Shown piece after piece: positions 34,475-41,136 of a stretch of DNA of 41,807 bases; positions within the stretch are counted from its first letter, which is position 1; every line of letters begins with the position of its first letter. The notes beneath the pieces were generated by a model. It worked only from the letters and a program-made list of their open reading frames with translations. It did not search any database and was not told the origin of the DNA. Position numbers and translations under genes: made by a program. The DNA comes from a virus: the IMG/VR virus record IMGVR_UViG_3300045988_107913; one strand, written 5' to 3'.

Positions 34475-34597
34475 CTATCCATTGCTTGCTAAGATTTTTG
34501 TGATTCTATATCGGCTATATTCGGAGTTTTTCATTGCCGCCGTTACACTGCCATACTTCTCATAGAGATTGATAACGTTTCTTTCTGTTTCGGTCAT
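34475..34597 (-). CDS. Mini HTH-like ORF (40 aa), last gene of the attP-proximal operon
   Basis: ATGA overlap with the RHH gene stop. MTETERNVINLYEKYGSVTAAMKNSEYSRYRITKILASNG. Confidence 0.35.
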   Translation of the reverse strand: MTETERNVINLYEKYGSVTAAMKNSEYSRYRITKILASNG

Positions 34598-34791
34598 AAC
34601 AAAACATCCTCCTCTTTGCTTTTTTCAAAGGCATTTACAGCTGCAACGATAAACTCGTTGACCGATTTGTACCCAAGTGATTCCGATTTTTCTTTCACGA
34701 GGTCCTTTCCGCCTTTTGGCAGGCGGAGGAGAATTTGATCATAAGCCTTTTTGTTGTAGCGATCCTTTACTTGACTGGTTGGTTTTGACAT
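34594..34791 (-). CDS. Ribbon-helix-helix (Arc-like) DNA-binding protein
   Basis: AAAAGGAG RBS. KAYDQILLRLPKGGKDLVKEKSESLGYKSVNEFIVAAVNAF has an RHH pattern. Confidence 0.65.
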   Translation of the reverse strand: MSKPTSQVKDRYNKKAYDQILLRLPKGGKDLVKEKSESLGYKSVNEFIVAAVNAFEKSKEEDVLL

Positions 34792-34809
34792 TTTATTTAC
34801 TCCTTTTAG

Positions 34810-35190
34810 TTAGTCGATGAAACCGATAATCTTAGCATTGCGGATAATAATCTCGTTATCATCATTACCGTACTCAAAGTAATCACCAGCAATAATAGCA
34901 GTTTTACCAAAGTAATGAGCATTTTCAAGACCGTTGGAGAGAATTTCTTCTGCGAGGTCAATCTCATTCTCATCAAGATTGCTGATTTCAGAGATGGAGA
35001 ATCCGCACGTACCATCCAGTTCGACAGGCTCATCGTCAAGATAAGTTGAATGGTCCTCGCCGTAATTCCAATAATAGCTATTTCTGCATGCATCACCAAT
35101 TCTATAGATTTCATCATCGCAAAGATGTCTGATAGCAACCGCTGAATATCCTCCATTATTAACTTCATTTAACAATTCCAGAGCCGTCAT
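34810..35190 (-). CDS. Highly acidic 126-aa protein of unknown function
   Basis: GGGAGG RBS. About 27 Asp/Glu versus 6 Lys/Arg by my count. First gene behind a consensus promoter. Confidence 0.7.
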   Translation of the reverse strand: MTALELLNEVNNGGYSAVAIRHLCDDEIYRIGDACRNSYYWNYGEDHSTYLDDEPVELDGTCGFSISEISNLDENEIDLAEEILSNGLENAHYFGKTAIIAGDYFEYGNDDNEIIIRNAKIIGFID

Positions 35191-35220
35191 AAGAATACCT
35201 CCCTTTCTTTTTGTAGTTCG

Positions 35221-35249
35221 ATTATAACATACTGATATCAGTATGTCAA
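35221..35249 (-). promoter_or_regulatory. Consensus sigma-70-type promoter with a palindromic operator in the spacer
   Basis: The minus strand reads TTGACA-17 nt-TATAAT. The 20-bp perfect palindrome ACATACTGATATCAGTATGT (35227-35246) fills the spacer. Confidence 0.8.
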
Positions 35250-35362
35250 GGAAACGTGTTGCAGTAAAACTTTTAATTTAAAATTCGTGTTGCATTTTGT
35301 GTTGCATAGAAAACAAAAACATGTCATTTCTGCTATATTTATAGAGCAAGTGATAAATATTT

Positions 35363-35423
35363 AAAGCCAGCAAACCCGCATAAACACTAGAATGTAGCAT
35401 TTATGCTGGTTTGCTGGCTTTTT
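35363..35423. terminator. Long hairpin, probable integrase terminator
   Basis: AAAGCCAGCAAACCCGCATAAA pairs with TTTATGCTGGTTTGCTGGCTTT (one mismatch). T-rich flanks on both sides. Confidence 0.6.
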
Positions 35424-35428
35424 ATCTA

Positions 35429-35453
35429 ACGGGTTCAAGTCCTGTTGCCCGCA
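35429..35453 (+). other. attP core candidate: mimic of a tRNA 3' end (T arm plus acceptor strand)
   Basis: ACGGG-TTCAAGT-CCTGT-TGCCCGC-A has a canonical T-loop with a G53:C61 pair and a 7-nt acceptor strand. It lies next to the int 3' end. Confidence 0.6.
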
Positions 35454-35472
35454 CTGAAAATTTGGCTTAAAA

Positions 35473-36597
35473 TCAGGACTTTTCGGAGTTCGTGTTGCAT
35501 TTTGTGTTGCATAGCTCCGAAAAGTAGTCATTAGCCTTACGATTCATAGCTTCTTCTTTGCTCTCCATAACATGCCGATAAATCTGCTTTAACACTCCAT
35601 CATTCCCCCAGCCGCCGCGCTGCATGATGTATGCGTCCGGTATTCCTATAGCGTGCTGAATGGATGCGCAGTAATGGCGCAAATCGTGGAAACGGAAGTG
35701 AGGTATTCCGGCTTCTGCCAGTATGTCGGAAAAGCAGTTTGATATCTGATATGGCATTAGTCCAACCATATTTTTGCCAGTTTTCTTTTTGAGTTTTTGA
35801 ATCACGAAATCAGGAAAAGTTATGTATCGGTCCCCGGCATAGCTTTTTGTTTTTTTATACACCCATTCGTGGCTGTCATTCAGCACCATAGCATATTCCA
35901 CATACACTACATTCCCTACGACATGATCGGATGCAAGCGCGCATATCTCGCTGCGCCGCATCGGTCCGAATGCAGCCAGAAGAACAGGCAGCTCCATGTC
36001 TGTATCCTTTACCGCCGCCATAAGGCGCTTCACATCATCATCAGACGGCACATAGAGCTTTTGCCGTACCTTTGCCGGGAGCTTTGTTTTAACCGCGAAA
36101 TCCGGCCTATAAACGGTCAATACGGATGTCAAAAGACCGTGCATGTTTCTAACGCTCTTCGGTGAGTGCGTCAGAGCTTCCCGGTTAATCTCTGCCTGTA
36201 TGTCCTCTTGCGTGATGGTGCAGATATCCATATCCATGAGATTTGCCAGGTCCTTTTTTCTGGACCGTTTGTATTCACGTATGGTGGACGGAGACAGGAC
36301 AGAGGAGCGGAGCGCTATATAGCTATCCATAGCTTGGCCGAGCGTCATCTTTTCTTTTTCCGGTTCCTCTCGTTTGATAAGTTCTTTACTTGCGGCCCAG
36401 ATGGCAGCTTCCCGCTCAACATCCCGTTTCCCTTTTGGTGTAGGATCATCGTTTGTGAATGATTTGTAGATTCTCTTTTTCTTCGGCCTTCCTTTATCAT
36501 CCAGAACCGGCTTTCCACTCTTATCTCGTACATCCTCAAATCTGTCAAACACCTGGACTCTCCATGATCCAGATGGTAATTTCTTCGCCTTTGCCAT
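35473..36597 (-). CDS. int: Phage integrase (tyrosine recombinase)
   Basis: N-terminus MAKAKKLPSGSWRVQVF. Catalytic R (GPMRRSEI), HDLRH, and GGWGNDGVLKQIYRH containing the Tyr. It is adjacent to attP. Confidence 0.9.
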   Translation of the reverse strand: MAKAKKLPSGSWRVQVFDRFEDVRDKSGKPVLDDKGRPKKKRIYKSFTNDDPTPKGKRDVEREAAIWAASKELIKREEPEKEKMTLGQAMDSYIALRSSVLSPSTIREYKRSRKKDLANLMDMDICTITQEDIQAEINREALTHSPKSVRNMHGLLTSVLTVYRPDFAVKTKLPAKVRQKLYVPSDDDVKRLMAAVKDTDMELPVLLAAFGPMRRSEICALASDHVVGNVVYVEYAMVLNDSHEWVYKKTKSYAGDRYITFPDFVIQKLKKKTGKNMVGLMPYQISNCFSDILAEAGIPHFRFHDLRHYCASIQHAIGIPDAYIMQRGGWGNDGVLKQIYRHVMESKEEAMNRKANDYFSELCNTKCNTNSEKS

Positions 36598-36722
36598 AGT
36601 ATCACTCCTTTTTTTGGTATAAAAAATACAGCCACCAGATTTTGAATAATTTATCTTGCGTGACTGCTGCCGGATGTGATATTATATCTGTGTAGGTTTG
36701 CGATTTTTATCACATCCTTAAA

Positions 36723-36756
36723 ACGTCTGGTGTTGGTAGCGCCGGGCGTTTTTTTA
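36723..36756 (+). terminator. Plus-strand-specific hairpin followed by T7
   Basis: ACGTCTGGTG pairs with CGCCGGGCGT using three G-U pairs, which become C-A mismatches on the other strand. TTTTTTT follows. Confidence 0.5.
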
Positions 36757-36815
36757 TATTGGTGATATAACCATAGGTTTTTCTGATATGATAAATATAA
36801 AAAGGATGGTATTTT

Positions 36816-37019
36816 ATGTTTATATCAAAAAAACGATGGAATAACTTAGTAAATCGTGTTGAGCGTCTGGAAAGCATCGTCACTCCTGAGAATGCCCCCT
36901 CTCCTCTGTGGCAGATGAAATCTGCTGTAAGAGAAGCTTTTGAATCTGGCGCTCATCCAGCTCAACAATCTGATTCTCAATCAGAAGATCAAGAATCATC
37001 TGTACTGAAAGGTAAGTAG
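36816..37019 (+). CDS. Hypothetical 67-aa protein (mutually exclusive with 36880-37176 on the minus strand)
   Basis: AAAGGATGG RBS 6 nt before the ATG. Coiled N-terminus. It converges on the minus-strand operon without an intervening terminator. Confidence 0.35.
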   Translation: MFISKKRWNNLVNRVERLESIVTPENAPSPLWQMKSAVREAFESGAHPAQQSDSQSEDQESSVLKGK

Positions 37020-37176
37020 ATAGCTTAATTCCGTTCAAGAGCATTTGTGAGTATATCTTTTGCTCTGAATCCTGCTCAGATGTTCCGGAAAAGAGCATAT
37101 CAAATACCTGCTCCGTCTGCGATTCCGTAGAATCACAGATCATCTTGTATATTGCCTTTTTCGTTGTTTCTTTCAT
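36880..37176 (-). CDS. Hypothetical 98-aa protein (alternative to 36816-37019 on the plus strand)
   Basis: Continues the minus-strand operon but has no clear RBS. Confidence 0.3.
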   Translation of the reverse strand: MKETTKKAIYKMICDSTESQTEQVFDMLFSGTSEQDSEQKIYSQMLLNGIKLSTYLSVQMILDLLIENQIVELDERQIQKLLLQQISSATEERGHSQE

Positions 37177-37612
37177 GTGGTTCGTATTGTTCCATTTCTT
37201 CCTGGTGGTTAAGATATGCGTTGCAGATCAAGCCATACATTAAAGCCTGTTCATCTGACATTTCCAGTCCCTTTGTCGGTGTAGGAATCTGCTTTTTGAC
37301 TTGCTCTGACTGGCATTGTTCTTCTTTCTCTTCAATCTCTTCTGCGTGTAGGTCTTCCATATCAGTGCCACAAGCACGCCGAGGATGGATTTTTTGTATA
37401 AATCCGATAATCATACTGGCTATGATGATGAAAACGGCCAGAACGGCAAATATGAACGCCATAGCAACAAAGAAAGCTCCGGTCATTATTAAAAATCCTA
37501 TAAGCACCGCTACAGCAGCTATCCATACAACACTACGAGTTTGTTGTATCAAATACAGTATAGGTTCGAGCCACCAACCGAGTACCAACCAGTACAAACA
37601 ACCTTTTTTCAT
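37133..37612 (-). CDS. Multi-pass membrane protein with an acidic C-terminal tail
   Basis: GGGAG RBS precedes ATG 37612. Three hydrophobic helices. Confidence 0.65.
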   Translation of the reverse strand: MKKGCLYWLVLGWWLEPILYLIQQTRSVVWIAAVAVLIGFLIMTGAFFVAMAFIFAVLAVFIIIASMIIGFIQKIHPRRACGTDMEDLHAEEIEEKEEQCQSEQVKKQIPTPTKGLEMSDEQALMYGLICNAYLNHQEEMEQYEPHERNNEKGNIQDDL

Positions 37613-37630
37613 ACTACAAGCTCCCAAATA

Positions 37631-38272
37631 TCATTCCAAGCCGATTTGTACTTTCTGATATAGCTTGCCGTCCATAAAGTATAACTCTGCGTTTGCGCCG
37701 CTATATTCATCGGCGTACCACATATATGCTGTCATGTTTGTATCTATAATATCGGACTCAGCAAGCGGAGTTCCGGCGAAACCAATTATATCCTCGCACT
37801 GTTCATATGTCATCCCGATTTGGCATTTGTTATATTCTTCGAGCGTTATTCTTTTAGTATGCAGGAGGTCAGACGTATTATCCATGTAGTAAAAAAATGA
37901 CACCAGAAGAATGATGAAGGCAGATATCCAGCATAATGCTTTTTTTCTTCCGGGCATGTAATTATATGCAGATCTGCAATCAATTCTTTCATACTGTTCG
38001 TTCAGTTTCACATCTGGGTAGCCAATTTGGACGGTATCTAAGAATTCTGAAACTTGTTCGTTTTTATTTTTCCGAAACAAGAATGTTTCAACCGAACCGT
38101 TCTTTCCGTGGAATCTCAGATATCCAAATCTCCCATGATCTCCATAGCAATATGCTATTTCCTTTATTTTTCTGAAAGAAGATGCTTTCGATGGCATTAA
38201 AAACTCGGACAACAAAAAACTCTTATCAGAATATAAAAGCTCCTGCCGGATTCCTTTTATTGTGGTGTTCAT
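37631..38272 (-). CDS. Single-pass membrane protein with a DUF3862-like extracellular domain
   Basis: TM segment ALCWISAFIILLVSFFYY. The C-terminus ITLEEYNKCQIGMTYEQCEDIIG...ANAELYFMDGKLYQKVQIGL matches the DUF3862 pattern. Confidence 0.6.
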   Translation of the reverse strand: MNTTIKGIRQELLYSDKSFLLSEFLMPSKASSFRKIKEIAYCYGDHGRFGYLRFHGKNGSVETFLFRKNKNEQVSEFLDTVQIGYPDVKLNEQYERIDCRSAYNYMPGRKKALCWISAFIILLVSFFYYMDNTSDLLHTKRITLEEYNKCQIGMTYEQCEDIIGFAGTPLAESDIIDTNMTAYMWYADEYSGANAELYFMDGKLYQKVQIGLE

Positions 38273-38280
38273 TAAAAACC

Positions 38281-38706
38281 TCAAATTTTCTTAAATTTCA
38301 AAAAATTTTCTGCATATCCGGTTAATGCGGATAGCTGATTCAATGTAAATCCAGGATGCTCCAACACAACGCTGTCCGGCACAAGCAGTTCTGCGGCAAA
38401 GGTGTGCGCTTCGATCTCTGCCCGGCTCCGGTATGTCGTATCGTTCATCCAGTTAAAAAAGAAGTAGTCTTCCCGGTGCATCACGGCGTGGCCCAGTTCA
38501 TGAGCCGCTACCATCTTCTGTGTAGGTGTATCCAGATCGCTGTTGATATATATAAAGCGTTGCCCCGCTATGGTTAAACAGCATCCGAATATTTTCCCCA
38601 AAGGTCCAACCTGTGTATATACCCCCAGTCGTTCCGCAATCTCATACGGATCATTTGTATGGTACATCTTCGATAGCTCAACGGCTGTCCTTTTTGCATC
38701 TGTCAT
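38281..38706 (-). CDS. ImmA/IrrE-family zinc metallopeptidase
   Basis: HEXXH motif in VAAHELGHAVMH. It lies immediately downstream of the XRE repressor, the classic pairing. Confidence 0.85.
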   Translation of the reverse strand: MTDAKRTAVELSKMYHTNDPYEIAERLGVYTQVGPLGKIFGCCLTIAGQRFIYINSDLDTPTQKMVAAHELGHAVMHREDYFFFNWMNDTTYRSRAEIEAHTFAAELLVPDSVVLEHPGFTLNQLSALTGYAENFLKFKKI

Positions 38707-38718
38707 GTTCTACCTCTC

Positions 38719-39102
38719 CTATTTTTTGCGCATGCGTTCCATAAGCGCAACGGATATCTTGATCTGGTCGAGCAGCAAGTTGATGCTCTCCTGATCTGCG
38801 GGTTGCCCGTCAAAGTACAACGGTGCGTTTTCCCCGCTTTCCAACAGTTTCTTGATGCGGTTAAATTCCGCTTTTAAATCAACATGTGTTTCTTGTGCAA
38901 CGGCAGTTTCCTCCTTCCCTGTTATTAAGAAGTCAACAGACACGCCGAAAAAATCAGCAATCCTTTTTAACTTATCCTGTTTAGGTGTGTATCGTCCGGC
39001 TTTCCAATTGCTTATCGTAGCAGTTGGAATGCCCGTTTCTTTGCATACACGGTAAGGGGTTACGTTTCTTTCGGAGCATAACTTTTCAAAGTTACTATAC
39101 AT
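38719..39102 (-). CDS. cI-like XRE-family repressor
   Basis: HTH segment VTPYRVCKETGIPTATISNWKAGRYTPKQDKLKRIADFFGVSVDFLI plus a C-terminal oligomerisation-like region. It is divergent from the cro-like gene. Confidence 0.85.
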   Translation of the reverse strand: MYSNFEKLCSERNVTPYRVCKETGIPTATISNWKAGRYTPKQDKLKRIADFFGVSVDFLITGKEETAVAQETHVDLKAEFNRIKKLLESGENAPLYFDGQPADQESINLLLDQIKISVALMERMRKK

Positions 39103-39146
39103 AGTTTACACCTCTAAAATAAATTTGAAAAATTAGCTAAAATCTG

Positions 39147-39175
39147 TTGACAAACTTTGAAATCAATGCTATACT
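39147..39175 (+). promoter_or_regulatory. Rightward early (lytic) promoter
   Basis: TTGACA (39147-52), 17 nt, TATACT (39170-75). The spacer contains AACTTTGAAATC. Confidence 0.75.
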
Positions 39176-39182
39176 CTGGGCA

Positions 39183-39202
39183 TAGCTTTGAAAGCAAAGC
39201 TA
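39183..39202. promoter_or_regulatory. Operator palindrome TAGCTTTG-AAAG-CAAAGCTA
   Basis: Perfect 8+4+8 inverted repeat. Related CTTTGAAA / TTTCAAAG elements lie at 39121-34, 39153-64 and 39080-93. Confidence 0.65.
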
Positions 39203-39253
39203 CAGACAAAGATAATAGCTTCGATTTCTTTTATAACTTTGTTCGACGACTTC

Positions 39254-39282
39254 ATTATATTAGAAATCTTAACTATTGTCAA
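39254..39282 (-). promoter_or_regulatory. Leftward (repressor) promoter facing the rightward promoter
   Basis: The minus strand reads TTGACA-ATAGTTAAGATTTCTAA-TATAAT, a perfect consensus with a 17-nt spacer. Confidence 0.75.
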
Positions 39283-39308
39283 TATATATTTATGAAAGGA
39301 TGGTGAAA

Positions 39309-39509
39309 ATGTATAACAAATATGCGGAATTGAGGGATAAAGCTGGTGTTACTGACTATGAAGTAGCAAAAAGAACCGGAGTATCTACCGCAACGCTGAG
39401 CAATTGGAAAGCTGGCAGATATACGCCGAAAGCTGACAAAATCAAGAAGATCGCAACTTACTTCGGAGTCGGCATCGAAGCTCTTTTAGAGGATGAGGAG
39501 GAGAAGTGA
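39309..39509 (+). CDS. Cro-like XRE-family HTH protein (66 aa)
   Basis: GAAAGGA RBS. The HTH TGVSTATLSNWKAGRYTPKADKIKKIATYFGV is nearly identical to that of the repressor. Confidence 0.8.
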   Translation: MYNKYAELRDKAGVTDYEVAKRTGVSTATLSNWKAGRYTPKADKIKKIATYFGVGIEALLEDEEEK

Positions 39510-39787
39510 TGGACGCACTTGAATTTAATAAAGCCGTCAGCCAGCATTGCAAAGAATCTGGTGGAGACTGTTGCAAATGCGACCTCCGGCTTTACTGTTA
39601 CTTATCGCCTAGTGAGCGGCCAGATGAATTAGTGAGCCTGGTTATTGATTTTTTGCATAACCACACTGGAAACCAAAATCATTATTGCCATCACAGTGCG
39701 GCGTCATTTCCTTGTATTGATGATATGGACATGAGCAGCGCAGTAGGCGGCGATTGTTACCAGAAACCTCATACTCTTCATAAATAG
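39509..39787 (+). CDS. Cys-rich small early protein
   Basis: GAGGAGG RBS. ...CKESGGDCCKCDLRLYC... Confidence 0.55.
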   Translation: MDALEFNKAVSQHCKESGGDCCKCDLRLYCYLSPSERPDELVSLVIDFLHNHTGNQNHYCHHSAASFPCIDDMDMSSAVGGDCYQKPHTLHK

Positions 39788-39904
39788 TGATGTGTTTATG
39801 AATTTTATGGCAGTGGTACAACCGTGAAACTGTTTCAACCATGAGATTCTCCTTTCTCCAGACTTGGCATGGAGGTGCCTGTGTTTAAAGAATAGGAGTA
39901 ATCA

Positions 39905-40123
39905 TTGGAAAAGTCAACAGGAGGTGATTGGGGAGAATTGAGGAAAGAAGACGAAACCTATCTTTTTGATTACATCCGGCATTTGCAGAATCAAGTTAAT
40001 CAGCTGACCATAGCGTTGCTGACCGGGAACAAAGATAGGTTGGAGTATCCAAAGGCTGTTGAGGTTCAGCCGGGAGAAAGGATTCTGGTGGGACATCTTG
40101 CAGATGACTTACTGGAAAAATAA
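39905..40123 (+). CDS. Hypothetical protein (TTG start)
   Basis: TAGGAG RBS 6 nt before the TTG. A hairpin terminator follows. Confidence 0.45.
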   Translation: MEKSTGGDWGELRKEDETYLFDYIRHLQNQVNQLTIALLTGNKDRLEYPKAVEVQPGERILVGHLADDLLEK

Positions 40124-40157
40124 ACCAGTGGTTTTTATGAATAATAACCACTGGTTT
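40122..40157 (+). terminator. Hairpin formed by two AAACCA(S)TGGTTT palindromic sites
   Basis: AAACCAGTGGTTT (40122-34) pairs with AACCACTGGTTT (40146-57). Confidence 0.55.
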
Positions 40158-40211
40158 CAAAAGTGAGAAAGGGGTGAAACAAAACGAAAAAACATCCTAA
40201 ATTTGAGTATA

Positions 40212-40574
40212 TTATCCCTGCGGTAGTAGCCATTGTTGTAACAGTTTTAATCCGAGTATTAATAGGTTTGTGATTATGGACACAACAACAGGGATAAATA
40301 CACCCTTAAAAAGCAGTTTTGTAAATTCATGTTTTCTTTCTGCTATGTAAGATTTTCCCTGTTCTGTGATTTTTACAGAAATCGGTTCGCAATACCGATA
40401 CGAAACTTTTTCGCCGCTGAAATGTGGGAAAGATTCGCGAGAAATGCTGATAAAATGCTCATTGCACAGAAACTCAGAAATGATTTTTTCTTGATTTGAT
40501 AAGGATGAATAACTCATTTCTTCACATGAGCAGATGCGTTTTAACAAGCAGAATTGTTCTTTATTTAGGTACAT
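40212..40574 (-). CDS. C-terminally membrane-anchored protein, AT-rich leftward gene within the rightward early region
   Basis: AAAGGAGAG RBS precedes ATG 40574. C-terminal TM segment VFIPVVVSIITNLLILGLKLL. The 200-aa track ORF extension upstream runs through a simple repeat and is rejected. Confidence 0.6.
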   Translation of the reverse strand: MYLNKEQFCLLKRICSCEEMSYSSLSNQEKIISEFLCNEHFISISRESFPHFSGEKVSYRYCEPISVKITEQGKSYIAERKHEFTKLLFKGVFIPVVVSIITNLLILGLKLLQQWLLPQG

Positions 40575-40649
40575 AAATATCTCTCCTTTTATAAGGAGTA
40601 TAGCATTACTTTTTAAAAACATAAACCACTGGTTTTGAATCTGAAAACC

Positions 40650-40697
40650 TAATGTAAATGTAAATGTTAATGTAAATGATAATGTAAATGTAAATAT
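40650..40697. repeat. Eight tandem hexamers (WAATGT consensus)
   Basis: TAATGT AAATGT AAATGT TAATGT AAATGA TAATGT AAATGT AAATAT, read directly. Confidence 0.9.
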
Positions 40698-40860
40698 ATA
40701 AAACCATTTGCCCGGAGCTAACGCGGTTACTCCGGCCCGTAAGTAGGCGCAACGTGGTAAACACATCAGAATAGCGTGGTACAGGAGATACGCACGACTT
40801 AGCTGTTTACGCACAAGATTGGATGCTTACAGGATTGTTGTTTACCGGAGCGGAGGTCTT

Positions 40861-41094
40861 ATGCTGAGAAAAAAGACATACGCTGACGAAAAAGGGGAGA
40901 ATGTCCAGATACTCCTTGATGTTATTAAAGCCCGCAAGCGTTTGGACGATCAGCGTATGGCGAAGATGGCGGGTATGAATCTGGCAACGTATCGGCTAAG
41001 AAAAAAAGATCCCGGCTCGATGCGGTTAAAGGAACTGTGGCCGTTGCTAAAGGCCGCAGGGATAACGGACGAAGAGAAGTCCAAGTTGATTTAA
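40861..41094 (+). CDS. Small basic HTH-like protein (77 aa)
   Basis: GGAGG RBS precedes ATG 40861. MAKMAGMNLATYRLRKKDPGSMRLKEL resembles an HTH. Confidence 0.55.
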   Translation: MLRKKTYADEKGENVQILLDVIKARKRLDDQRMAKMAGMNLATYRLRKKDPGSMRLKELWPLLKAAGITDEEKSKLI

Positions 41095-41136
41095 CTCAAT
41101 TTAACTCGTTTTTAACTCAATTCCGAGTTGAGTTAA
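41090..41136 (+). repeat. Three helically phased TTTAACTC direct repeats plus one inverted copy
   Basis: Copies start at 41090, 41100 and 41111. The inverted copy GAGTTAA lies at 41130-36 and forms a 9-bp stem with the third copy. Confidence 0.7.

Larger units (their letters stand above)
35256..35511 (+). repeat. Five direct GTGTTGCA repeats flanking the attP core (candidate integrase arm-type sites)
   Basis: Copies at 35256, 35287, 35299, 35492 and 35504. The 26-bp block TTCGTGTTGCATTTTGTGTTGCATAG is duplicated at 35284-35309 and 35489-35514. Confidence 0.6.

Noticed and set aside
34312-34482. Minus-strand 56-aa ORF (MDSAEEIANIIGYTREQYEYY...) overlapping the end of the mini-HTH ORF
   Set aside because: It would read straight through the bidirectional terminator stem and into the convergent gene 34082-34345. 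It may be a frameshifted remnant of a longer gene but cannot be supported.
36672-36717. 10-bp inverted repeat GGATGTGATA / TATCACATCC upstream of the integrase gene, considered as an int promoter or operator
   Set aside because: A TATAAT box exists on the minus strand (36681-86), but I could find no acceptable -35 hexamer at 16-18 nt. The repeat is noted but is too weak to call.
40575-40814. N-terminal 80-aa extension of the minus-strand ORF (200-aa version in the track)
   Set aside because: The extension translates the hexamer tandem repeat (FTFTLSFTLTFTFTL) and GC-rich intergenic hairpins. A strong RBS (AAAGGAGAG) precedes the internal ATG at 40574.
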